DNA of 64,000 nucleotides from Candidatus Staskawiczbacteria bacterium RIFCSPHIGHO2_02_FULL_43_16 (GCA_001821935.1 MHOU01000003.1:11873-75872); one strand, 5' to 3'. Positions 43,896-52,062 are shown, counted from the stretch's first letter. Numbers and translations: made by a program. Notes: generated by a model not told the origin, from the letters alone.

Positions 43896-45131
43896 TTATT
43901 TCCCCCCTTTCAAATCAAACAATTCATCTTCATCATCATCGTCATCGTCGTCATCCTTGGGTGGTCGCGGTTTTTGGCCTCCCTTTTTGCCTTTGCGATT
44001 CTTTCCACCGCCCTGGTTTTGGCCACCTCCAGACCCACCGACCAAAATGCCCGTACCACCAGTTCCACCCCCAACAACTGCGGTGGTAGCGTTTTCAAGC
44101 CCCTTGATGTGGACTTGTTGATATCCGGGAGTCTTGGCAAGAGACCGCTGACGAAGCTCTTCCTGCTTTTCACGAATCTGGTCTGGAGTAGCATTGGGGT
44201 GGGCTTCCCGCCAAGTTTTCAAAGCTTGGTTGGTGTCATCAAACAATATGGCGCTTGCTTCTGCTTGATGTTTAGCGGCCTCTTTCTCTCTCTGCGCTTT
44301 GTAGGGCGCGAGAGTGGTGGCACGCCAATCTGGTGGTGGGTCAACATTTCGAAGTTGGACTGACTTGATTTTGATACCGTAAAGATTAAGTAGTCCGTCC
44401 AAAACCGAATCCTTGTCACCTTCCTTGTTGTTCAGTCTTTCCCACAAGCGCGTAGAGAAAGTTTGCAGTTCCTGCTCCTCCTTCTTATTCCGCCCAACGA
44501 TATCATCGTCATACGAAACTTGAGCCAGAACGTTGCGGAAGCAAGGCATGACCTCGCTGTTCACAATTGAGTACCAGTCGCTTGCCTTAAAAAAGGCCTT
44601 ACCGTAATCCTCAATAACACCAATGACCGCCAAAGTGCCGGACAGGGGCAAGCCATGGCTATCCTCTTCATCTTGAAAGGGGAGAGCGTAGGGGTAGTCA
44701 GTAGTCTTAAAGCTACTGATGTCCGGGTCATCATGAGGCTCGGCTTGAGCCCTGCCGTCTTTGTCAGTCACACTCTTGAAAAACGTCATCTTGCGTTTGT
44801 AAAGAGAGTGGGTGCCGGGCAGACCAATCCATCTCAGTCCGGGTCCAATGGTTTTTCCATAGTCTCCCCAGACCAGAACAATCTTACACCAACCTTTGTC
44901 CACGATGGTCCACAGGATGTTTGCTTTGGCTAGGAAAAAAACAAGGTAATATCCTGCCCCAGGAGCAATCAACCCAAGCGAAAAGATGAGCCAACCGAGC
45001 CAGGTGAACGAATCCCAGTCGACGATGAAAATCACCGCTAAAAGGATTGCAAGAACTGCCACAAAAGACCAGAAAGTTACCGACCGAAGAATGGAGCGAA
45101 ACATGGCTATTTCCTTCCAGAAAATTCCCAA
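43896..45131 (-). CDS. SPFH/band-7 (stomatin/prohibitin/HflK-like) domain membrane protein with a Gly-rich, poly-Asp C-terminal tail; GC-rich gene
   Basis: Two N-terminal TM helices. SPFH core …IKSVQLRNVDPPPDWRATTLAPYKAQREKEAAKHQAEA…. Tail …GGGTGGTGILVGGSGGGQNQGGGKNRKGKKGGQKPRPPKDDDDDDDDEDELFDL. Base composition is visibly GC-richer than the neighbours. Confidence 0.65.
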   Translation of the reverse strand: MGIFWKEIAMFRSILRSVTFWSFVAVLAILLAVIFIVDWDSFTWLGWLIFSLGLIAPGAGYYLVFFLAKANILWTIVDKGWCKIVLVWGDYGKTIGPGLRWIGLPGTHSLYKRKMTFFKSVTDKDGRAQAEPHDDPDISSFKTTDYPYALPFQDEEDSHGLPLSGTLAVIGVIEDYGKAFFKASDWYSIVNSEVMPCFRNVLAQVSYDDDIVGRNKKEEQELQTFSTRLWERLNNKEGDKDSVLDGLLNLYGIKIKSVQLRNVDPPPDWRATTLAPYKAQREKEAAKHQAEASAILFDDTNQALKTWREAHPNATPDQIREKQEELRQRSLAKTPGYQQVHIKGLENATTAVVGGGTGGTGILVGGSGGGQNQGGGKNRKGKKGGQKPRPPKDDDDDDDDEDELFDLKGGK

Positions 45132-45312
45132 TTAAATGTTCTGCCCCAAGCAGAGTTTAATGGGAAAAGATAGTTTTCAAAGGACGACCCAGAACATCTG
45201 GGTTAATACTTAACCATATCATACTCATACGCCCTTGTCAATAGTGAATAATCTGTGCGCTTGCCAAGTGTTTTAATATGCTATAATTATCTATTAATTA
45301 GGAAATAATAAC

Positions 45313-45352
45313 GTAGCCGCCTAGACCCTAACCCCTAGACCCTACACCCTAA
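45313..45352. repeat. CTAGACCCTAACCCCTAGACCCTAYACCCTAA-family intergenic element (copy 1)
   Basis: cgcctagaccctaacccctagaccctacaccctaagc. Related copies at 48858-48900 (inverted), 49266-49306, and 52025-52062 (inverted, adjoining (TTTAGGG)6). Confidence 0.65.
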
Positions 45353-45355
45353 GCA

Positions 45356-45781
45356 ATGCCTCAATATCCCATTCCACAATTTATAGAAGAAGAGGGCAAA
45401 ATCATTTCCTTCCTCACCTTCCGGCAGTTTTGGTGGCTGGTGGGTGGCGGGGCGGTTATTGTTTTACTGTATTATATTTTGCCGTTTTATTTTTTCATTT
45501 TGACGGCACTTTTGGTGGCGGCCCTGGTGGGCACCATCGCCTTTGTGAAAATTAACAACATGTCACTGATAAAAATATTTTTGAACTTTTTAGGGTTTAG
45601 CCTGGGCGCCAAAACCTACACCTGGGAACGCAAAGAAACGCCGCGGAATAACGCAGAATCTTACGCGGAAAAACGCGGAATAAAAAACATCCCAGAGACT
45701 CTTGCGCGACCGCCCTTAAACTCAACTTTACGACCCAGCAGATTACAACAGATACAGAAAATAGTAGAAACAAAGCGATAA
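45356..45781 (+). CDS. PrgI/VirB3-like small membrane protein
   Basis: MPQYPIPQFIEEEGKIISFLTFRQFWWLVGGGAVIVLLYYIL… matches the PrgI-family N-terminal pattern (IPxxxxxxxKIxgxfTxRQfxxL). Two TM helices. A VirB4-like ATPase lies downstream. Confidence 0.5.
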   Translation: MPQYPIPQFIEEEGKIISFLTFRQFWWLVGGGAVIVLLYYILPFYFFILTALLVAALVGTIAFVKINNMSLIKIFLNFLGFSLGAKTYTWERKETPRNNAESYAEKRGIKNIPETLARPPLNSTLRPSRLQQIQKIVETKR

Positions 45782-45847
45782 TTTGATTATCGCCGCGAAA
45801 CGAAGCGAAATCTTACGCGGAAAGACGCGGAATAAAACGAATACAAT

Positions 45848-46246
45848 ATGTTATTATATGAAAAAGAGTCATATAAAATTAGGAAGGCAGTATTTAATGT
45901 TTACAAAGAATTGGGATGCGGCCACAAAGAAACCGTTTATCAAAAAGCGTTTTACATAGCGCTACTAAAAGAAGAATTAAAAATAGAAAAAGAAAAACGC
46001 CTGCCAGTAATATTTGATGGCGCCAATGTCGGCACATATATTCCAGATTTCCTTATTGAAGAAGCCATTATTGTTGAACTAAAATCCAAATCATTTATTA
46101 CCAAAGAAGACACATTGCAATTCTGGCAATATCTTAAAAGCACAAACTATAAGTTAGGTTTTTTAATAAATTTCGGCATACCCGGCAAAGCACAAATCAT
46201 TCGGCGCGTGTATGATACAGCAAGAAATAATTCACTAAACTATTAA
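45848..46246 (+). CDS. GxxExxY-family (PD-(D/E)xK-like) protein; cassette flanked by inverted CGCGGAAT repeats
   Basis: …LPVIFDGANVGTYIPDFLIEEAIIVELKSKSFITKEDTLQFWQYLKSTNYKLGFLINFG… matches the GxxExxY family. Flank 45815-45845 is tcttacgcggaaagacgcggaataaaa (a direct copy also lies at 45656-45690 inside the upstream CDS). Flank 46250-46300 is ttccgcgtgattccgcgttaatttccgcgcgattccgcg (inverted). Confidence 0.7.
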   Translation: MLLYEKESYKIRKAVFNVYKELGCGHKETVYQKAFYIALLKEELKIEKEKRLPVIFDGANVGTYIPDFLIEEAIIVELKSKSFITKEDTLQFWQYLKSTNYKLGFLINFGIPGKAQIIRRVYDTARNNSLNY

Positions 46247-46303
46247 AGGCTTTCCGCGTGATTCCGCGTTAATTTCCGCGCGATTCCGCGAAAATCCATC
46301 ATC

Positions 46304-46966
46304 ATGGATTCCGCTACACAGGATTTTTTAGAAATCAAAGACATCCGCGAGGGGGTTTTGGTGTTGAAAAATAACGGCTTGCGGGGAATTTTGATGGTTT
46401 CTTCCTTGAATTTCGCCTTAAAATCTTCCGAAGAACAGTCTTCCATTATTTACGCCTATCAGAGTTTTTTAAATTCCCTGGATTTTTCCTGCCAAATTGT
46501 CATCCAATCACGCAATGTCAACATCACCCCCTATTTGGACACGGTTAAAAACTTGGCAGAAAAACAAACCAATGAATTGCTGAAAGTGCAAACTTCTTCA
46601 TACGCGGATTTTATCAAAGAACTGGTACAGGGTGATAACATCATGACCAAAAGTTTTTACGTGGTGGTCCCCTACACCTTGACCGAGGCGTTAGGGGCGG
46701 GGGCGGCCCTTAATAAATCTGGCTTATTTGATATTTTTAAAAAAAATAAAAACAAAAACCAACAGCTGGGCGATGAAGATTTTGAAAAATGCAAAAACCA
46801 GCTGTGGCAAAGGATGGAATTCTTGGCTATGGGACTAAAACGCTGCGGGCTGGATGTCATGCCCCTGACCACCCCGGAACTGATTGAACTGTTTTGGGCC
46901 ATGCACCACCCCGACCAAGCAGAAGTGGGATATTACCCGGAAATACTGCCTGAATTATTGAAATAA
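46304..46966 (+). CDS. Hypothetical protein resembling the N-terminal region of VirB4-type ATPases (no NTPase motifs)
   Basis: LEIKDIREGVLVLKNNGLRGILMVSSLNFALKSSEEQSSIIYAYQSFLNSL… parallels the N-terminus of the next gene (IINIRDIIAPPYIGIGQDSIKLGEK…FFIFSYPRYLNTGWLSPAINL…). Confidence 0.45.
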   Translation: MDSATQDFLEIKDIREGVLVLKNNGLRGILMVSSLNFALKSSEEQSSIIYAYQSFLNSLDFSCQIVIQSRNVNITPYLDTVKNLAEKQTNELLKVQTSSYADFIKELVQGDNIMTKSFYVVVPYTLTEALGAGAALNKSGLFDIFKKNKNKNQQLGDEDFEKCKNQLWQRMEFLAMGLKRCGLDVMPLTTPELIELFWAMHHPDQAEVGYYPEILPELLK

Positions 46967-46968
46967 AT

Positions 46969-47077
46969 TTTTAATTTCCAATTTTTAAATAATTTTTTAA
47001 TGTTAAAATTTATAAAATACCACGCGCTTAAAAATTAGCAAATTAAAATATTATTTAAAAATTGGAAATTAAAAATT
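46969..47077. repeat. AT-rich palindromic element, core TAATTTCCAATTTTTAAATAAT with its inverted copy ~55 nt away; second locus at 60433..60500
   Basis: tttttaatttccaatttttaaataat … attatttaaaaattggaaattaaaaatt. The same 22-nt core and inverted partner occur at 60433-60500. Confidence 0.65.
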
Positions 47078-47084
47078 AATAGCT

Positions 47085-48872
47085 ATGGCATTTTTTAAGA
47101 AAAAAATTGAAGCTGAAGAAAAGATTTTTGAGCAGGAGACCATCAACATCCGCGACATCATTGCCCCGCCCTACATTGGTATTGGACAGGATTCCATAAA
47201 ACTGGGCGAAAAGATTGCCAAGTCTTTTTTCATCTTTTCGTATCCGCGCTACTTAAACACGGGCTGGCTTTCACCTGCCATCAATTTAAATGTGCCCATG
47301 GACATTTCCTTTTTCATCCACCCAGTTTCCAGCCAACTTATCTTAAAAAAATTACGTTCAAAAATTACCCAGGTGTCTTCAGAATTAATAGAGCGGCAGG
47401 AAAAGGGGTTGATCCGCGATCCCGCTCTTGAAACCGGCTACCAAGACATTGAAAACCTACGGGATAAAATCATCACCGCCCAGGAAAAAATGTTCCGCTT
47501 CGGGTTGTATATTACGGTTTATGAAGATACTCCGGAAAAGTTAAAAGAAACCGAAAGCACCTTCCGGTCTATTTTTGAATCGCGGCTGATTTACATCAAG
47601 CCAGCTATCTTTAAACAAAAAGAGGGCTTTATATCCACCAGCCCTTACGGCATGGATTTGCTGGACGTAAACGTGCCCATGGACACCGAACCGCTTTCCA
47701 CCACCTTCCCATTCGTTTCCTTTGACCTAAGCAGCAATGAAGGCATTTTATACGGCATCAACCGCCACAATAATTCCTTAGTGTTATTTGACCGTTTCAC
47801 GTTAGAGAATGCAAATATGGTTGTCTTCGCTAAATCAGGATCCGGTAAGAGCTACGCCATAAAATTGGAAATTTTGCGCTATTTGATGTGGGGCGTAGAT
47901 GTGATTGTCATTGACCCGGAAAACGAATATGAATTTTTGGCAGACGGGGTGGGGGGTGACTTCTTTAAAATTTCCCTTACTTCGGGCAACCATGTCAACC
48001 CCTTTGACCTACCGGTGCCCGGCCCGGACGACAGCCCCGAAGATATTTTGCGCTCAAACATCATTAACCTGGTGGGGCTGCTGCGCATCATGCTGGGCGG
48101 CTTAACCGCCGAAGAAGACAGTATTTTAGACCAAGCCATCACAGAAACTTACGCCGTACGTGACATTACCCCGCAGAGCGACCCGGCCAAATGGCAGGAG
48201 AACATTCCCATCATGTCTGATTTTGCCGAAGTGTTGGAAAACATGACCGGGGCCGAAAGCCTGGCCCGACGCCTTAAAAAATTCACCACCGGAACCTTTG
48301 GCGGATTCTTCAACCAAAGGTCAAACCTTAAAATTGATAAGAATTTTATTGTCTTTGGCATTCGTGACATGGAAGAATCGCTCAAAACCATCGCCCTGTA
48401 TATCATTATGCGCTATGTTTGGAACATTGTGCGCACTAATTTGAAAAAGCGAATTTTGGTGGTGGACGAGGCTTGGTGGCTAATGCAATCTGAAGATGGC
48501 GCTTCATTTTTGTTTGGTCTGGTCAAGCGCGGCCGCAAATATTGGCTGGGGGTTACCACCATCACCCAAGACATTGAAGACTTCATGCGCTCAAGCTACG
48601 GCAAAGCCATTATTACTAATTCTTCACTGCAACTATTACTTAAACAATCTCCGGCGGCCATTGAAATACTGCAAAAAACCTTTGACCTGACCGAACAGGA
48701 AAAAATGCTTTTGACCGAGGCTTCGGTAGGCGAAGGGCTCTTTTTTGCCGGCAAAAAACATGTCTTTATGAGTGTTAAAGCCAGCTACACCGAAGACCAG
48801 ATTATTACCACCAACCCCGGTGAAGTGGAAAAAATCAAAGAAGCGCGAAGACAATTAGGGTCTAGGGGATAG
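47085..48872 (+). CDS. VirB4/TrbE/PrgJ-family type IV secretion ATPase
   Basis: VirB4-type N-terminus. Walker A VVFAKSGSGKSYAIK. Walker B RILVVDEAWWLM. C-terminal …GKKHVFMSV…. 595 aa. Confidence 0.75.
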   Translation: MAFFKKKIEAEEKIFEQETINIRDIIAPPYIGIGQDSIKLGEKIAKSFFIFSYPRYLNTGWLSPAINLNVPMDISFFIHPVSSQLILKKLRSKITQVSSELIERQEKGLIRDPALETGYQDIENLRDKIITAQEKMFRFGLYITVYEDTPEKLKETESTFRSIFESRLIYIKPAIFKQKEGFISTSPYGMDLLDVNVPMDTEPLSTTFPFVSFDLSSNEGILYGINRHNNSLVLFDRFTLENANMVVFAKSGSGKSYAIKLEILRYLMWGVDVIVIDPENEYEFLADGVGGDFFKISLTSGNHVNPFDLPVPGPDDSPEDILRSNIINLVGLLRIMLGGLTAEEDSILDQAITETYAVRDITPQSDPAKWQENIPIMSDFAEVLENMTGAESLARRLKKFTTGTFGGFFNQRSNLKIDKNFIVFGIRDMEESLKTIALYIIMRYVWNIVRTNLKKRILVVDEAWWLMQSEDGASFLFGLVKRGRKYWLGVTTITQDIEDFMRSSYGKAIITNSSLQLLLKQSPAAIEILQKTFDLTEQEKMLLTEASVGEGLFFAGKKHVFMSVKASYTEDQIITTNPGEVEKIKEARRQLGSRG

Positions 48873-48900
48873 GGTTTAGGGTCTAGTAAAACCAAAAACG
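48858..48900. repeat. CTAGACCCTAA-family element (inverted copy), left flank of the four-helix-bundle cassette
   Basis: aattagggtctaggggatagggtttagggtctagtaaaac. Confidence 0.6.
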
Positions 48901-48910
48901 CAACATCCTG

Positions 48911-49267
48911 ATGTTAAAATCACATAAAGAACTTATTGTTTGGCAAAAATCTATTAAATTAGTAAAGGAAATTTATATTCTTACTAGTAACTTTCCTCAA
49001 AATGAGATTTATGGACTATCTTCTCAAATGAGACGCGCGGCGGTATCTATACCATCAAACATTGCCGAAGGATATTCAAGAAAGAACATAAAAGAGTATT
49101 TACAGTTTTTAAGGATCAGCTTTGGATCTTCCACAGAACTGGAAACACAAATAATTATTGCAAAAGATTTATACAAAAGCGTGGATTATAAGCCCGCCGA
49201 ATTATTACTAGAAGAAGTATTGAAAATGTTAAATACTATGATAGAAAAATTAGAAAATAACGCGTAG
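48911..49267 (+). CDS. Four-helix-bundle protein (the family formerly called '23S rRNA intervening-sequence protein')
   Basis: …WQKSIKLVKEIYILTSNFPQNEIYGLSSQMRRAAVSIPSNIAEGYSRKNIKEYLQFLRISFGSSTELETQIIIAKDL… matches the family consensus. Confidence 0.7.
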   Translation: MLKSHKELIVWQKSIKLVKEIYILTSNFPQNEIYGLSSQMRRAAVSIPSNIAEGYSRKNIKEYLQFLRISFGSSTELETQIIIAKDLYKSVDYKPAELLLEEVLKMLNTMIEKLENNA

Positions 49268-49306
49268 CCGTCTAGACCCTAACCCCTAGACCCTATACCC
49301 TAAAGC
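49266..49306. repeat. CTAGACCCTAA-family element, right flank of the four-helix-bundle cassette
   Basis: tagccgtctagaccctaacccctagaccctataccctaaagc. Confidence 0.6.
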
Positions 49307-49310
49307 AGAG

Positions 49311-49742
49311 ATGAAAAATTTGACGTCGCCAGAGGCAATTTTAATACTACCCATAGCAGTGGTGCTAGATTTGGTGGGTTTTATTATATTTTGCCTGGGA
49401 ACTTGGGTTGGCATTGACGACTATGGTATACTTGAAATAATCGGGGGGGCGATTATTGGGCTATGGATGATATTGCGGGGCAGCGGCAGTTCCGTGGGCC
49501 AGCAAAAAAGTGCAGAGCCCCAAGAAAAACCGGTGCCGCCCAAAAAAGAACTATCAACGGATAAAAATACCCTGGCGCCTAAAGCTAAAACCCTGCAAGC
49601 GAAAGATTTGGTAAAAAATCCAAAGGAATTCGCAAAAAAAACCTTTAAAACCTTTATTTGGAATTATATTGTAGAGTTAATTCCTTTTGTCGGGGGATTT
49701 TGGCCGGGGTGGACCATTATTGTTTATAAAACACTAGATTAA
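49311..49742 (+). CDS. Hypothetical membrane protein (three to four TM helices)
   Basis: ILILPIAVVLDLVGFIIFCLGTWVGI, ILEIIGGAIIGLWMIL, C-terminal ELIPFVGGFWPGWTIIVY. Confidence 0.5.
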   Translation: MKNLTSPEAILILPIAVVLDLVGFIIFCLGTWVGIDDYGILEIIGGAIIGLWMILRGSGSSVGQQKSAEPQEKPVPPKKELSTDKNTLAPKAKTLQAKDLVKNPKEFAKKTFKTFIWNYIVELIPFVGGFWPGWTIIVYKTLD

Positions 49743-51436
49743 TGAAGAGAAATTATTCAATATATATCTTGTTATTTGCGGCAACCATGTTGCTGGTTTC
49801 AATGGCTCAACCGGCGCTGGCACTTGAAGTAACTTATCCTAAAATAGGGACTTTTGAAATAACCTCAGACTCAACCCTGCTTCAATATATAGAATATTTT
49901 TTTGCTTTTGCCATTGCTATATCCGGCATACTGGCAGTTGTTATTTTGGTTATTTCCGGCCTGCAAATACTGGTATTTGCGGGCAGCCCGGAAAAAATAA
50001 ATGAAGCCAAAGAAGGCTTATGGGCCGCAGTTTTGGGGATTGTCCTTTTATTTGCTTCTTTTATTATTATGATGACGATTAATCCCAACCTTGTTAACCC
50101 CAGCACCCAAGCACTACCCCAATCTGACCCTGATGGGGTATTTTTAGATGTTCAATATACTCAGATAACATTTGAAGGTTTCCCTAATCCTGGGCGCGGC
50201 CCCTGCACTGAAGCTCGGTGCAAAAAAACATTTCTCGCCCCGCAAGAGAATCCAAGCATAGGAGAAACCACAGATTTTTCATACAATACCGGTGTTTCAG
50301 CATTTGGCATGGCGACAATGCATGGCGATACTGCAACAAGCCGTATTAGATATAGGTGCACCCCGCCCACCAGCGGCAAAGATGGCACCAGGCTTATGGT
50401 TTCGGTATATGCTAACAAAAATTTTCAAATAGATCGAATTGCCAATGGGGTTGGCGGCAATGTAAGAACATATTTTTTAAAATGCAATAAGAATGACAAT
50501 AATTTTGTCATTGTAGATGCAGGTGTTGTAGAATCTTATAAGTGGGAATATGAAAAACCTGGCGTTTATTTTTATTTAAAAGAAAATTGCCAGGAAAACC
50601 CGGTAACCACTGGACTTACAAGTGCCACGGGCGCGAGCTATACCAGCATAAACTCTAAATTATATACTGGAAGTTCAATAATAGAGCCTTTTGATTGCGA
50701 AGTTGGTGGAGGTGGTGATGATTGGGGCGAAGGGAATGATACTAATACGAACACGTGTCAACCCAGACAAGGCGTACTCCAGGTGCCCACCTGCATGAGA
50801 ATTGTAAATAGTGAACAAGAACAATACGGGACTATTTTAAACCAAAGCGAAGCGGCTGTTGGAGCGTGTACCGAACCTATTTTAAATAAAGATATTCCCA
50901 CTGGTAATGAAATAATAAAAGAAGTTTCTAAGCCTGTACCAACTTTTAATGAATCGCCGAATAATGAGGGTCCCAAATTTGCCTATGTGTTCAAGCATGT
51001 TCCGGCAGATAAATACCCATCCGGAGAAATCAGGTTTGAAAGCGCAGCTACCTATAATGAAGTACTGCCGAATGACTTCACGCTCGAAAACAAGCGCCTT
51101 TACCATTTGCCTGATCTTTATGGTGGAAGCCTTAATTATTTTATTAAAGCAGGGTATCTCCTAAATCCCAACACCACCCCCCTTCCAGAAGAATGTGATA
51201 CCAGTAAAGAGTGTTTGAAATTTATAAGGTCACCCCGTACCGGAGCTTTCAGAACAGTGCTTTATAGTGAAGATGAAAACGGTTTTCGCGATAATGTTTG
51301 CCAAGTGTATACTTGCCAAGAAAATAACTTTGGTGAATTTGTATCAAACAATAATCGTTGGATTTTCAATTCCAGAAGAAAGGTATATGACATGTTTATT
51401 ATTCCCATGCCCAAGCAAACTTGCGACAGGTCATAA
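49742..51436 (+). CDS. Large secreted/membrane protein: signal peptide, two pilin-like (VirB2/TrbC-like) TM helices, then a ~430-aa Cys-containing extracellular domain
   Basis: MKRNYSIYILLFAATMLLVSMAQPALA. Then FFAFAIAISGILAVVILVISGLQILVFAGSPEKINEAKEGLWAAVLGIVLLFASFIIMMTI. Large hydrophilic domain. A strong terminator follows. Confidence 0.5.
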   Translation: MKRNYSIYILLFAATMLLVSMAQPALALEVTYPKIGTFEITSDSTLLQYIEYFFAFAIAISGILAVVILVISGLQILVFAGSPEKINEAKEGLWAAVLGIVLLFASFIIMMTINPNLVNPSTQALPQSDPDGVFLDVQYTQITFEGFPNPGRGPCTEARCKKTFLAPQENPSIGETTDFSYNTGVSAFGMATMHGDTATSRIRYRCTPPTSGKDGTRLMVSVYANKNFQIDRIANGVGGNVRTYFLKCNKNDNNFVIVDAGVVESYKWEYEKPGVYFYLKENCQENPVTTGLTSATGASYTSINSKLYTGSSIIEPFDCEVGGGGDDWGEGNDTNTNTCQPRQGVLQVPTCMRIVNSEQEQYGTILNQSEAAVGACTEPILNKDIPTGNEIIKEVSKPVPTFNESPNNEGPKFAYVFKHVPADKYPSGEIRFESAATYNEVLPNDFTLENKRLYHLPDLYGGSLNYFIKAGYLLNPNTTPLPEECDTSKECLKFIRSPRTGAFRTVLYSEDENGFRDNVCQVYTCQENNFGEFVSNNNRWIFNSRRKVYDMFIIPMPKQTCDRS

Positions 51437-51450
51437 AAATGTTGGTGACT

Positions 51451-51487
51451 AAAAGCGCTCCGATGCCCATCGGAGCGCTTTTTTATT
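51451..51487. terminator. Bidirectional rho-independent terminator
   Basis: aAAAGCGCTCCGATgcccATCGGAGCGCTTTTttatt. Confidence 0.75.
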
Positions 51488-51499
51488 ACTGATTTGGTT

Positions 51500-51976
51500 T
51501 CACTTGGGGGTAATCACCACCCGCCGATCAAGGCCTTCCCCCTGGCTTTCCGTGGCCACGTCATCACGCCCGGCAAGTTCGGCGTGAATGATCCGGCGTT
51601 CATAAGAACTCATAGGAGGCAGGGTTTTGCTGATTTTGGTGAGTGAAACCTGGTCGGCCAACTCGTTGGCTGTTTTTTTCAAGTAAGCCAATTTTTGGGC
51701 CTGGTAGTTATTAATATCAAGCAGAATGTGGCAGGCCCGGCCAAGCTTTTTGGTGGCCAGCATGCGCAAGGTGCGCTGAAGGTCTAACAGGGTTTTGCCG
51801 TTTTCGCCTATTAAAAACTGGGGTTCTGAAAGCGTAACACGCACCTGAGCCGAGTCAACAGTTTCATCGGCCGCCACACCCTCCACCACATCCAGAGTAA
51901 AACCATCCACGGTCATATTGGTCAACAGTTCTTGCGTTAAACCTTTTATTATTTCCAATTCCTCTTTGGTAATCAT
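51500..51976 (-). CDS. jag: Jag/SpoIIIJ-associated RNA-binding protein (KH plus R3H)
   Basis: 158 aa. C-terminal R3H-like …IHAELAGRDDVATESQGEGLDRRVVITPK. Position downstream of yidC in the rpmH-rnpA-yidC-jag cluster. Confidence 0.75.
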   Translation of the reverse strand: MITKEELEIIKGLTQELLTNMTVDGFTLDVVEGVAADETVDSAQVRVTLSEPQFLIGENGKTLLDLQRTLRMLATKKLGRACHILLDINNYQAQKLAYLKKTANELADQVSLTKISKTLPPMSSYERRIIHAELAGRDDVATESQGEGLDRRVVITPK

Positions 51977-52062
51977 AGTTAGGGTTTAGGGTTTAGGGTT
52001 TAGGGTTTAGGGTTTAGGGTTTTACTATACCCTAGACGCTAGCCCCTAGACCCTATCTTTTT
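51977..52062. repeat. Telomere-like tandem heptamer (TTTAGGG) x6 followed by an inverted CTAGACCCTA-type element
   Basis: gttagggtttagggtttagggtttagggtttagggtttagggttttactataccctagacgctagcccctagaccctatc, between yidC and jag. Confidence 0.75.

Noticed and set aside
43870-44363. Plus-strand ORFs 43870..44121 and 43878..44363
   Set aside because: Antisense to the SPFH gene; poly-Ser and Pro-rich translations of its poly-Asp/Gly tail.
51977-52020. (TTTAGGG)6 as a genuine chromosome end or telomere
   Set aside because: It is internal, between yidC and jag, with continuous flanking genes and a nearby oriC. Better explained as an intergenic repeat family.
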